Of a stretch of DNA of 44,152 nucleotides, positions 17,516 through 27,179 are shown piece after piece. The translations under genes and the position numbers were made by a program. This DNA comes from Candidatus Zambryskiibacteriota bacterium (GTDB lineage: Bacteria > Patescibacteriota > Minisyncoccia > Phycocordibacterales > WO2-35-19), in the NCBI GenBank assembly GCA_003233455.1, contig QILQ01000048.1, positions 1 through 44,152 on the forward strand, given 5' to 3'. The notes beneath the pieces were generated by a model. It saw only the letters and a program-made list of their open reading frames with translations. It was not told where the DNA came from and did no database searches. How positions within the stretch are numbered: the stretch's first letter is position 1; the number at the start of each line of letters is the position of its first letter.

Positions 17516-20281
17516 TTATAAAATATTATATTTTTGCATAATCAACTTCTCCACTTCCTCGCGAGGCCTGCCATATTTTTGATAAGAAATTTCTTTTAAC
17601 TTTTCTATTTGTTCTTTATTACCCAAAAGTGGTGGTGGCACTTCAATATTAAAAGGTTTGGCCGGTTTACCATTTACTAAAAGTCGCAAATAAGCGTTAT
17701 AATTGTCTATATTCATTAAATCACTAGCGATAAAAGTGGGAGTAAATTGTTTTTCCAAATATTCCGCATCTTCAGCGCCAACTCTAAAAGAACAAAGCGA
17801 GCCAACATTACCAAATACAGCATCACGAATATTATCTTCCAATTGAGCAATAAATTGATGAGCAATAGTTAAAGAAAGTTTATATTTTCTGGCTTCGGAT
17901 AAAATAGTGGCAATAGAATCAGTAGTAATATTTTGAAATTCATCAATATAAAGATAAAACGGAGGCAATTTGTTTGACGAAGGATTGAAAGTGTCTGCTC
18001 TAGAAAGAGCCGCCATCAAAATTTTGCCTACTAAAATAAGCCCGATTAAGTTTGCGTTTATGTCCCCCAATCTTCCTTTAGAAAGATTGACCAAAAGGAT
18101 TTTTTTATTATCCATAATATCGCGAAAGTTGAAAGAAGATTTTTCTTGAGCAATTACCGGTCGCATAATATCATTGGATAAAAAGACATCAAATTTATTG
18201 GTAACATATTGAACATAATTAGCTAGACCTTGCTCGCCGGTGGTTTTCTCGGCATTAATCCAAAATTGTTTAACTAAAGGATTTTTACATTTGGATATTT
18301 TAAGGTCCCGATAAGTTTTATCCGAAAGAGCTCGCGACATATCAACCAAAGTATTGCCGGAAGCCGGATCATCCATCACAAGAAGTGCGGAATTTCTGAA
18401 ATATTGTTCAAAAGCGGGACCCATTGATTCCGGCACATTACCGTAAAGTTTACGAAAAATACTGAAAAGTTCGTTAACTACAAAAGTTTTTTGCTCTGGA
18501 AATTTCTCGTCGTATTCAAGCATATTAAGAGCCATTGGTCGTGCCGTGTAAGCCGGGTCAAAATAAATAAGGTCGTTATATCGCTCAGCTGGCACATTAG
18601 AAAGAACATCTTGAACATCGGAGCCGTGCGGGTCAATCATACAAACACCATTACCCATTTTTATATCTTGAATAATCATCTCTTTTAATAAAGTGGATTT
18701 GCCGGTGCCAGTCTGACCTATGCAGTAAAAATGCCGTAATCTGTCATCTTCCGTCATTTTTATATCAGTTGAAATATTGCGATGTTTGTTAATACCGAGA
18801 AGTAAGCCTTTTTTACTTATGTCAAGAGCAGCCGGAGCCGTAGCCGATCTTGATTGACGCAAACCTTCGGAAGCACTCAAGGCTTTAGTTTGAAAATGAA
18901 TCAGAGAAGTTGCTTCTCTTAAATTTAGAGGTAAAGAGACGCTGTCATCAAAAATACGGAAGCTAAAATTTTTAACTAATTTCCGCAAATTGCCTTTTTC
19001 CGCTTTTTTCCATTCTAAAGAATTACCTAAAGTATCGTCAAATTGGTTAAAACTTGATTTAAGACTATCCAATATTTCCAAAGCTTCTTCTTTGCTGTTA
19101 GAAGAAGCCAAAAGTCGCAAATTACATCTTACTATCGGCGAATTTATTTTACGATTTATTTCTTCTACCGCCTTTTGGTCAATAGATTCCGGTTTTTCTT
19201 CTTTTTCATCTGTCTCTTTTTTAGATTTTGGAGAAGAAAATAAATCTTTAAAAGTATGAATAATCTCGCTGGAAATATTATCCGGAATATCTATCGCTTC
19301 TTTAAGAGGAACGCCATTTTGAATTTTGTTTAAAGCGTTTTTATATTTCTTAACATATTTATCTCCCGCTGGCGACCAGATAAGTTGAATAGCCGCTCCT
19401 TCACCATCTCTATCCACTTTTGAAAAACTTGAAAGAATAACATTAAGGGGATCATGAACGAAACTTTCATAAGTTTTTAGAGGAAAAATAGGATTTTTAG
19501 TGAAAGAAGCTGAAACGCCGGCGGTATATCCAGTTTGATTAAAAATATTATAATCATCCGGTTTTTCGGTAATTTTAGCATTATGAAATATGGAAAGTAT
19601 TTGTTTTTCAAAAAGACTTTTTCTATTGGTCGGCACTGCCACGTAAAAAATTATTTCTTGAGAAAAATTAGCGTTGGCAATCTCTAAAGCCATCCAACTT
19701 TCAGTTTGTTTACCTGAAGCTGAATTTGAAATAGAAAGCATACCAGCGTAAAATTGTTCCATTCCGGAAATAATTTCTTCCAGATTAAATTTGCTCTCGT
19801 CTTTCTTTTCTTCTGGAATTAAAATTTCATAAAGAGACATATGGAGACCTTTGAAAATTTTTTCCTTATCACTCAGTCCGGAAATAGTAAAACCTTCTTT
19901 TAAATATTCTGATATAAATCTATGAAAATCATCAGTGATATGAAAGTCGTGCATTTTTTCAACTACTGAGAGAGCGTTTTTAATACCTTTTTCTTTGGCC
20001 AGCGAAACTAACTCATTTATTTGTCGGTCATGTTCTTCCGGAGAAAGTTTTAAGGCTATTTTTTCTATTTCCTCTTTTTTTATTTCATATTCAGGATGAA
20101 GAACAGCAGTAGCCGGCATTGTTTTATACTCGGCTAAAGTTTCTCTGGCTGGAGTTAAAGATTCTTTTTTTAATAAGCCCAGCTCCTCTAGATTTTTTTC
20201 TTTTTCAGCGATTAGTTTACGTAAATGAGAGATCTCATCTTCGGAGTTTTCAAAAGGAGTTTTTGGTATTGGAAATTCCAT
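17516..20281 (-). CDS. VirD4/TraD-HerA-FtsK-like ATPase (type IV secretion DNA-binding domain protein)
   Basis: DRLRHFYCIGQTGTGKS Walker A, IDPHG, LYIDEFQN Walker B, LSEARKY, AHQFIAQL, FGNVG; start ATG 20281 follows TGTTATAAT. Confidence 0.88.
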   Translation of the reverse strand: MEFPIPKTPFENSEDEISHLRKLIAEKEKNLEELGLLKKESLTPARETLAEYKTMPATAVLHPEYEIKKEEIEKIALKLSPEEHDRQINELVSLAKEKGIKNALSVVEKMHDFHITDDFHRFISEYLKEGFTISGLSDKEKIFKGLHMSLYEILIPEEKKDESKFNLEEIISGMEQFYAGMLSISNSASGKQTESWMALEIANANFSQEIIFYVAVPTNRKSLFEKQILSIFHNAKITEKPDDYNIFNQTGYTAGVSASFTKNPIFPLKTYESFVHDPLNVILSSFSKVDRDGEGAAIQLIWSPAGDKYVKKYKNALNKIQNGVPLKEAIDIPDNISSEIIHTFKDLFSSPKSKKETDEKEEKPESIDQKAVEEINRKINSPIVRCNLRLLASSNSKEEALEILDSLKSSFNQFDDTLGNSLEWKKAEKGNLRKLVKNFSFRIFDDSVSLPLNLREATSLIHFQTKALSASEGLRQSRSATAPAALDISKKGLLLGINKHRNISTDIKMTEDDRLRHFYCIGQTGTGKSTLLKEMIIQDIKMGNGVCMIDPHGSDVQDVLSNVPAERYNDLIYFDPAYTARPMALNMLEYDEKFPEQKTFVVNELFSIFRKLYGNVPESMGPAFEQYFRNSALLVMDDPASGNTLVDMSRALSDKTYRDLKISKCKNPLVKQFWINAEKTTGEQGLANYVQYVTNKFDVFLSNDIMRPVIAQEKSSFNFRDIMDNKKILLVNLSKGRLGDINANLIGLILVGKILMAALSRADTFNPSSNKLPPFYLYIDEFQNITTDSIATILSEARKYKLSLTIAHQFIAQLEDNIRDAVFGNVGSLCSFRVGAEDAEYLEKQFTPTFIASDLMNIDNYNAYLRLLVNGKPAKPFNIEVPPPLLGNKEQIEKLKEISYQKYGRPREEVEKLIMQKYNIL

Positions 20282-20362
20282 TATATTTTTATTATAACAA
20301 AACAACAGCACCTAAAAAAGGCGCCACTGTTTATAAAGCCAAAATTAAAACCGAAACTTATA

Positions 20363-20575
20363 TTACATTTGTTGAGGAGTAGTCGGAGCAACGGGAGTAG
20401 CGGAAGACTTTGGTTTCAAAGCCACTAAAGCAGCAAGACCAATAAGGATATAGATAATCCTTGAAATAATAGCCCCTTGTCCACCAAACAATTGTCCTAT
20501 GTCCCAACCTGAAATACCAAGTAAAAGCAGATCCAAACCTCCGATAACTAGGAACCAATGCGCTGTTTTTTGCAT
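20363..20575 (-). CDS. DUF378-like small membrane protein
   Basis: LVIGGL...LFGG...SRIIYILIGLAA signature; start moved to ATG 20575. Confidence 0.8.
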   Translation of the reverse strand: MQKTAHWFLVIGGLDLLLLGISGWDIGQLFGGQGAIISRIIYILIGLAALVALKPKSSATPVAPTTPQQM

Positions 20576-20748
20576 AAAATTTTTATTAATTTTTAACTTC
20601 TTATAAAACGACCATAAACTTACTTCATTATATAATACCATCATTAATAATGGAATAAAAAATGTGTATAGCGAAATCATCCCTTTCAACCATTATTTCT
20701 TGATAAAAATAATATTATTGGTAGAATAGCATTTATAAATTAAATATT

Positions 20749-21162
20749 ATGCGGTCTTCATTAAAAAAAATTACCGTTTGGTTCGTTTTAATACCATTTT
20801 TAATGGTAGTCTTTTTCAGTCTCCCTCTTATGATACACGGGTCAAACGACAAGATAAATGATAATTGTCTATTTTCTATTATGGAATTAAATCCCTGTCC
20901 TCAAGATAATATAGCGTCAATTGCTCATCATTTCTCATTTTACGAATCATTTTTAAATGTCCCAATTAATTTTGGCGTAATGGTTTTAATTATTTCTCTG
21001 TTGTTTGTTACTTATATTATCTCTATATTTTCAACAAATCTGCTATTTTTAAAACTGCCTATATATTCAAGCAATTCAAACAGTCCTCCACCAAATATTT
21101 TACATAAAATAAAAATAATGCGTTGGTTTTCTCTTTTTGAAAATAGTCCGAATTTTGAATAA
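20749..21162 (+). CDS. Hypothetical membrane protein with Cys/His motif (possible metal-responsive leader)
   Basis: Two hydrophobic segments around C-x8-CP...HH; C-terminal WFSLFENSP; first gene of a four-gene run. Confidence 0.6.
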   Translation: MRSSLKKITVWFVLIPFLMVVFFSLPLMIHGSNDKINDNCLFSIMELNPCPQDNIASIAHHFSFYESFLNVPINFGVMVLIISLLFVTYIISIFSTNLLFLKLPIYSSNSNSPPPNILHKIKIMRWFSLFENSPNFE

Positions 21163-21198
21163 TCGTTTCCATTTATTCAAATTAAATTTTTAAACTTT

Positions 21199-21705
21199 AT
21201 GAAAACAAAAACAATTATTATTCTCATTGTTATCGCAATTGTAGGTCTGTTTGTTTGGGGTTATTTCTCAAAAGGAGGAACAGCGGCTTCTGTTCAGGGA
21301 GTTTCATTAAATACTTCTCAAAATTTTCTCACCGCTCCGAAAGTTTTTTACAACTTCGGCGTAATCTCAATGAAGGATGGCGATGTGAGCAAAGAATTCA
21401 AAGTAACCAATCCCAGTGATAAGGATATTACCATAAGCAAAGTTTTAACTTCTTGTATGTGCACCAGTGCCTTTATTGTAAAACCGAGTGGCAAGCTTAA
21501 AGGACCTTTTGGTATGGGTGGTATGGGTTATGTTCCTCCGGCTAACGAAATTATTAAGGCGGGAGAAAGTCGTATTATTCGTGTAGTCTTTAATCCAAAC
21601 GCTCACGGTCCAGCTGGCATCGGCAGAATAGACAGATTTGTTACCTTGACTGGTTCTTCTGGTAATACATTTCAGCTTGAGATAAAAGCTATCGTAACCC
21701 CTTAA
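21199..21705 (+). CDS. DUF1573-like Ig-fold exported protein
   Basis: N-terminal TM, YNFG, F.VTN, TSCMCT, VFNPNAHGPAG. Confidence 0.8.
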   Translation: MKTKTIIILIVIAIVGLFVWGYFSKGGTAASVQGVSLNTSQNFLTAPKVFYNFGVISMKDGDVSKEFKVTNPSDKDITISKVLTSCMCTSAFIVKPSGKLKGPFGMGGMGYVPPANEIIKAGESRIIRVVFNPNAHGPAGIGRIDRFVTLTGSSGNTFQLEIKAIVTP

Positions 21706-21712
21706 TACAATA

Positions 21713-22492
21713 ATGAAAAAATCAGTTATCAGTATAGGGATATTGCTCTTAGCTATTATAGGAATCGTAGCACTTAAATACAGTCCTAATTTTTCCGCTT
21801 TCTTGTGGAATACAAGTCAAGGAGGAGCTTGGCTCTTCCCGCTTGTAATATTTTCAGCTCTGCTTGATAGTGTCCACCCTTGTTCATTCTCCATTCTCCT
21901 TATCACCATTGCATTCTTATTCGGTTTGCAGATGACCAGAAAGAAAATTTTACAGATTGGAGGTATGTATATCGCCGGTATATTCGTCGCTTATTTCACC
22001 ATAGGTATCGGTATTTTAAAAATAATTCATATTTTTAATGTGCCACATTTTATGGGTAAACTTGGTGCTTCACTCTTAATTATTTTCGGACTTCTTAATC
22101 TTATTAAAGCAATCTTCCCCAAATTTCCCATTAAACTTAAAATTCCGGAAGTGGCACATCGCTCAATGGGAAAATTTATGAGCAAAGCCTCTATTCCGGC
22201 GGCTTTTATTTTAGGTTTATTGGTTGGTCTTTGTCAATTTCCATGTATGGGAGGTCCTTACCTTATGGTGATAGGTCTCTTGCATGACCATGTCACATAT
22301 CTTAAAGGTTTTAGTTATCTCTGGCTTTATAACATTATCTTAATAATTCCACTTGTTGTAACTCTTTGGATAGCCGCTAACCCCGTTCTTATTGAGAAAG
22401 TTAAGAAATGGAAGAAAACCCAAATGAGAGACGCTCATTTTTGGATAGGGATAGCTATGATTATTATCGGTATTTTAGTTTTATTCATCTAG
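21713..22492 (+). CDS. CcdA/DsbD-type transmembrane thiol-redox protein
   Basis: DSVHPCSF and FPCMGGPY cysteine motifs in a polytopic membrane protein. Confidence 0.85.
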   Translation: MKKSVISIGILLLAIIGIVALKYSPNFSAFLWNTSQGGAWLFPLVIFSALLDSVHPCSFSILLITIAFLFGLQMTRKKILQIGGMYIAGIFVAYFTIGIGILKIIHIFNVPHFMGKLGASLLIIFGLLNLIKAIFPKFPIKLKIPEVAHRSMGKFMSKASIPAAFILGLLVGLCQFPCMGGPYLMVIGLLHDHVTYLKGFSYLWLYNIILIIPLVVTLWIAANPVLIEKVKKWKKTQMRDAHFWIGIAMIIIGILVLFI

Positions 22493-22539
22493 CTTTCTGA
22501 TAAGTTTAGAGTTATGCTAAATTGCGTAAAAAATAAAAA

Positions 22540-23043
22540 ATGAAAACCCAAAATATAAAGCAAATTTCTTTGGAAGAATTTTTAGCAAAAATTGAACAAG
22601 CCAAAAAAGGTGGCGGAGTGGATCTTTCAACCACCGAAGATTTAAGTTTGGCGGTAATGAATTTAATCAGTCTAGAAGAACATTTCTTTTTCACCGCAAT
22701 GAAAACCGGCAAAGATGAATACTTGGATACTTCCGCGGAAATTAGAAATATACGTAAAGAATTATTGGCAGAACTGATGCCAAATCACGAAGGTGAAAGT
22801 TGGTGTGCTTCAAAACACCTTCTATCCACCACTATGAGATTGATTGAGGTTGGCAATAAATTACAATCGGAAAATAAAAAAGAAGAAGCTCTTAAAATAT
22901 TCAAAAAAGCTTATAAGACATATTCAATTTTTTGGGCACTTAAGTTAAAACTTATAAATCTTGAAAAAATCGTCAAAGCTTCAAAAGAAAGTTCTCAATT
23001 GGAAGATCTGGTCGCTAAGCTCGCAGATTGTTGCCAAGAATAA
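22540..23043 (+). CDS. Hypothetical helical protein with WCxxKH motif and C-terminal Cys-Cys
   Basis: 167-aa ORF co-oriented with the ccdA-like gene; NLISLEEH, WCASKHLL, ends LADCCQE. Confidence 0.75.
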   Translation: MKTQNIKQISLEEFLAKIEQAKKGGGVDLSTTEDLSLAVMNLISLEEHFFFTAMKTGKDEYLDTSAEIRNIRKELLAELMPNHEGESWCASKHLLSTTMRLIEVGNKLQSENKKEEALKIFKKAYKTYSIFWALKLKLINLEKIVKASKESSQLEDLVAKLADCCQE

Positions 23044-23106
23044 TTCCATTTAAATCTTGAGAAATGACTAAATTCAGGCATAATAGCCAAAATATCTTGC
23101 TCGTAT

Positions 23107-23134
23107 CACCAAATTATTTGTAAATAATTTGGTG
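23107..23134. repeat. 28-bp palindrome (13-2-13), left boundary of defence island
   Basis: CACCAAATTATTT-GT-AAATAATTTGGTG; matches 28779-28806. Confidence 0.8.
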
Positions 23135-23314
23135 AAGAATTACTAAACAAGTTTTACTTCTTACGAAGTATCGTTTGTTGTTTTTCTATTTCTTTGCGAA
23201 CTGTGTGACGCTCTTACCTTCAGTAAAAGGATTGTACTATCACACAACGATAGCACAAGCAAATCATATTGCACTTGCCCCAACCCACCCTATGCGTGCA
23301 CAAGCAAAGCTCCC

Positions 23315-24748
23315 TTACTCTTTACCTATACTTTCATACAATAAAGAATAAAATAACTTAACTTCCCAGGCATTGAGATGACTATTTAATGAAATAATAT
23401 CACTCTCTTTACCGTCTATTGTAATAGGATCCTTAATTGAAAAATCTTGAAATGGAATGTCTTTATTTTTGTATTTATTAATATATGCATGAATATCCCC
23501 CTCAAAATCTCTTAATATCTGAGTAGAAAAAGTTAAATAAGTTCTTTCTGGATTATTCTGTATAAGATCTTGTTTTGTACCATTCAAATTATCCTTTATT
23601 TCTTTAACTACTTCTTTAAATAAAGTCTTATCATCGAAAATTATCTTTAGTAATTCTATTCCTATTTTAATTGTCTCAAGCATTCCATTATTCCTACTAT
23701 TTGTATTTAAATTATATTCATCAAAAACGGGTAATTTATGCCTAACAATTTTCATTAACTGTCTTAAATCTAACTTCTTAAGATCTAACGATCTAATTAA
23801 AATATCTTCCAAAAAAATCTTTATATAATATGATCTGCCGACAAGACTTTTTTTAAGCTTTTCATTATCTGTTTTTATTTCTTTAAAAAAATTACTTAAA
23901 AATAATTTTACTACTTTGGAATTATCAAAATCAAAAATATTTATACTATAAAATTTATTAAAATATCCTTTTTCGCAAGTTTTTTCACCATATCTATGAT
24001 GAAAAATACTTTTAAGATTGTCATAGTCAGCAACTAAAATAATTTTATCAAATCCAAATTTATTCCTCCCATCTCTATCAAAAAATGCAGAGAATACATT
24101 TAGCACTCTAAATATATGTTCTGGATCTAGTCTGTCTAAGTCATCTAGTACCAAAACACTTTCTCTATTTTTTCCTCTCAGTTTCTTAATTGTATTATTT
24201 AATATGTAACTCAAATAGTCAGTTTCTGTTATGTTTTCTTCTTCAATTTTGGATATAAAATTTTTAACAAATTCCTCTTCGCTATTTTTATATTCCTTGT
24301 ATTTTTTATAAAACTCTGACATGTCTTTCAAAGGTCTCCCGAGTATTTTACCAAGCTCGTTAACTTCTAAATATGAAATGCTTTTCTTAAGAGCTGAGTT
24401 TAAAGAGAAATTTTGCTTTATATATTCAAATATACCAATGTCGTTTGTTTCAAATAATTCTTCTTTTCTATTTTTGTTTTTATTTAATAATGCTACCAAA
24501 ATGTCATACTTGAGAATATCAAAAATATCCTTGTTAGACGAAATTTGATAATTTACTGGAAATAAGTGAAAAACTTCATATTTTGTTTTATTTCTTTCAA
24601 AAAAATCTTTTAAAAAGAATGTTTTACCAATACCAAATTTTCCAGAAAATAAAATTCTTTCATTTCCTTTAATATCTAAATGCTCCTTAAAAGAGTCAAT
24701 AAAAGTATTATCAGGTAGCATATTTACTTCTTTTTGTTCTTTTTCCAT
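23315..24748 (-). CDS. KAP-family P-loop NTPase
   Basis: FSGKFGIGKT Walker A, LVLDDLDRLDP Walker B, YFNKF; very AT-rich; start set at ATG 24748. Confidence 0.85.
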   Translation of the reverse strand: MEKEQKEVNMLPDNTFIDSFKEHLDIKGNERILFSGKFGIGKTFFLKDFFERNKTKYEVFHLFPVNYQISSNKDIFDILKYDILVALLNKNKNRKEELFETNDIGIFEYIKQNFSLNSALKKSISYLEVNELGKILGRPLKDMSEFYKKYKEYKNSEEEFVKNFISKIEEENITETDYLSYILNNTIKKLRGKNRESVLVLDDLDRLDPEHIFRVLNVFSAFFDRDGRNKFGFDKIILVADYDNLKSIFHHRYGEKTCEKGYFNKFYSINIFDFDNSKVVKLFLSNFFKEIKTDNEKLKKSLVGRSYYIKIFLEDILIRSLDLKKLDLRQLMKIVRHKLPVFDEYNLNTNSRNNGMLETIKIGIELLKIIFDDKTLFKEVVKEIKDNLNGTKQDLIQNNPERTYLTFSTQILRDFEGDIHAYINKYKNKDIPFQDFSIKDPITIDGKESDIISLNSHLNAWEVKLFYSLLYESIGKE

Positions 24749-24752
24749 AATT

Positions 24753-25919
24753 TTATCTATTACCCTTCGCACGATTATGTGTCTTACACAACATCTCACA
24801 ATTTTTTATATTTGTTGCACCGCCCTTGCTCCAAGCAGTTACATGATCCGCATCCATATCAGAAAATCCCCAAATTTTTTCTTTGTTAGAATCGTGTCCA
24901 ATTGTACAGTGAGAACAATTTGATTTATTTTTCTTTTTTGCAACTTCTATTTGCTTTGCGTAAACTGATTTTTTGGTTGCCTCATCAAAGACTCGTATAT
25001 TTAATAATTTTGTATCTGTTGAGCCACCGAGAATAAATTCAAAAACACCTTTGCGATTCTTTACATACGGATCAGAATATAATTTGTGAACTTCTTCTGA
25101 TACTTTCTTTGGATCGTAAGCGTTTTTATGGTATTCCTCGTACATTCGCCCCCATTCCAAACCACGCATTTCACTCTCAACATCTATAAATACACTAGAG
25201 ACCCAATCAATCACGCTATTGAAGTAATTTTTTAGCTCTGTGATACTTGTATCTTTGCGATGACGACTCATATAATTATCAATATCGCCCTTACTTACCC
25301 AATCAAGCGCCCTCTCCAAAAAATCCTGACGATTTACAGCGCCTGTGATGTACGCGCTCCATTTTTGTGTATTAGCATTTTGACTGTTACTAAACTCTTC
25401 TTTTGCAAGTGTAACAAATGGTCCAGAATAAATAGCATTTAGCAATTCCTGTGGCTTAAGTGGAACACCAGCGATATTAATTGTCTTAAACCATTCTTTA
25501 ATCTGACTCTCAGTACCCTCACATTCATAAATGAGTAGTTTTGTTTCCAAAATCTTTGCTTTCTTGTCTTCTGCCATAGTGCCAAAATATTGCATTCCAT
25601 TTTCATCTTTGATAGCAAATTTATCAGTCACAAATCGTCCAATACTGGTGATACGCTGTTGTCCATCTAAAACCTCAAAATTCTTGTCATTTACTTTATT
25701 AAAATAAATCAATCCAATCGGGTAACCTTTCAAGATTGAGTCAATAACGGCAATTTCTCTTTTTCCGCCGTCAGAAGCATAGATATAGTTGCGTTGATAC
25801 TCCGGCTGAATAGTGAGTGTTCCAGACAAACCAAATAGCCCCTTGCCCTCCAGTTCGTTATATACAAAACCTTCGCAGATTTCTTTAACTGCAATATTGG
25901 TTTTTAGTGTTGTTTCCAT
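24753..25919 (-). CDS. DUF262 (ParB/Srx-like) plus C-terminal HNH endonuclease; putative restriction enzyme
   Basis: [24 protein letters not shown]; Cxx[13 protein letters not shown]...[13 protein letters not shown]. Confidence 0.9.
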   Translation of the reverse strand: METTLKTNIAVKEICEGFVYNELEGKGLFGLSGTLTIQPEYQRNYIYASDGGKREIAVIDSILKGYPIGLIYFNKVNDKNFEVLDGQQRITSIGRFVTDKFAIKDENGMQYFGTMAEDKKAKILETKLLIYECEGTESQIKEWFKTINIAGVPLKPQELLNAIYSGPFVTLAKEEFSNSQNANTQKWSAYITGAVNRQDFLERALDWVSKGDIDNYMSRHRKDTSITELKNYFNSVIDWVSSVFIDVESEMRGLEWGRMYEEYHKNAYDPKKVSEEVHKLYSDPYVKNRKGVFEFILGGSTDTKLLNIRVFDEATKKSVYAKQIEVAKKKNKSNCSHCTIGHDSNKEKIWGFSDMDADHVTAWSKGGATNIKNCEMLCKTHNRAKGNR

Positions 25920-27103
25920 ATTATTTTTTTCTTTTTTCGCGCTTCTTCGAAAGAATCATCGAAGATTTCGTAATAATCAGCATAAATATATTTTTGATCA
26001 TAATCAGCATCACCAAGAGGCTCAAGAATTCCCAAATTCTTGAGTCGTTCAATGACATTATATGCACCGGGTGCGGTAAACTTTGTCCATTTCATTATCT
26101 CTGCTACCCCAACGATTGGTTGACTAAACAAATTACGGACAATTTCTAATGTTGAAGCGGCGGATTTCTTGCCCAGTTTTTGCATTTTAGCAAAATCTCG
26201 ATCACGCAACGCGGTAATTTTTGTACATGTTTCTATTCCTGAATTTGCAATTTCAACTATGCCTTCAAGAAAAAAATTAAGCCATCCATCTATATCTAAT
26301 TCTTCATCGTGATAGGCCTGCAATTTTTGATAGTAAAGTTTTTGATACTTTTTGAAATAACTGGATAGATAAAGTACTGGCAATTCCAAAAGCTTTGCAT
26401 AGTGTATGTACATTACAATTAACATTCGACCTGTCCGGCCGTTCCCATCAGTAAATGGGTGAATTGTTTCAAATTGAGCATGTAAAAGACCGACCTTAAC
26501 CAACGAAGGATAGTCATCTTTCGCGTGTATAAATTTTTCTAAATCATTAAGAGATTTGTGCATATCGGACACCGCTGGGGGAACAAAAGAAGCATCTGTG
26601 GGTGTCTTCCCGCCAATCCAATTTTGAGATCGACGAAATTCACCTGGATAAGCATGTTGAGTAGAGCGAGCACTAGTCATCAATTTCTCATGAAGTTCTC
26701 TTATAAACCTTAGGGAAATGGGAAAATCTTTTGTTCTTTTTACACCATAATTTGCCGCCTCAATATAGTGCTCAATATCATCAACATCAGAAGTTTTACG
26801 ATTTTTTTCTTCTGTTACAGGAGCAGCAACGGCGTCTTGCATGGTAGCCTTTGTTCCTTCAATTTGACTCGAATAGGTTGCGTCTTTCACTATAAACATA
26901 GAGATGAAAAAATCTTTGTCGGGCAAAAGACGTGTGATTCCATCAAGCTTGCCGACCAACCTAATGGCTTCTTCGTGTTTCTTGTATAATTTAGCACTAA
27001 TGTCAAAACCACCTTTTGGAGGAAAATCAAAAGGAGTGAAGGCCTTAAAACCCTCTTTTTGCTCTACATATCTACCTATTTTTGGTTTGTTTATATTGGA
27101 CAT
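25904..27103 (-). CDS. Fic family protein (class II, N-terminal inhibitory motif, C-terminal wHTH-like region)
   Basis: [12 protein letters not shown] canonical motif; SSQIEG inhibitory helix; [11 protein letters not shown]. Confidence 0.93.
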   Translation of the reverse strand: MSNINKPKIGRYVEQKEGFKAFTPFDFPPKGGFDISAKLYKKHEEAIRLVGKLDGITRLLPDKDFFISMFIVKDATYSSQIEGTKATMQDAVAAPVTEEKNRKTSDVDDIEHYIEAANYGVKRTKDFPISLRFIRELHEKLMTSARSTQHAYPGEFRRSQNWIGGKTPTDASFVPPAVSDMHKSLNDLEKFIHAKDDYPSLVKVGLLHAQFETIHPFTDGNGRTGRMLIVMYIHYAKLLELPVLYLSSYFKKYQKLYYQKLQAYHDEELDIDGWLNFFLEGIVEIANSGIETCTKITALRDRDFAKMQKLGKKSAASTLEIVRNLFSQPIVGVAEIMKWTKFTAPGAYNVIERLKNLGILEPLGDADYDQKYIYADYYEIFDDSFEEARKKKKIIWKQH

Positions 27104-27105
27104 AG

Positions 27106-27157
27106 TAATGTAAACATATTATACTATTTTGTTTACATTAGCAAGCGAGATGTAAAC
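27106..27157 (-). promoter_or_regulatory. Fic promoter with inverted-repeat operator
   Basis: TAATGTAAACA-13-TGTTTACATTA flanks a minus-strand TATAAT (27118-27123); third half-site ATGTAAAC at 27150. Confidence 0.65.
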
Positions 27158-27179
27158 TAAACGTATTTCAATTATCATA

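Noticed and set aside
17516-20281. Conjugative element/ICE around the VirD4-like ATPase
   Set aside because: No relaxase, VirB4, integrase or att sites nearby; neighbours are housekeeping genes.
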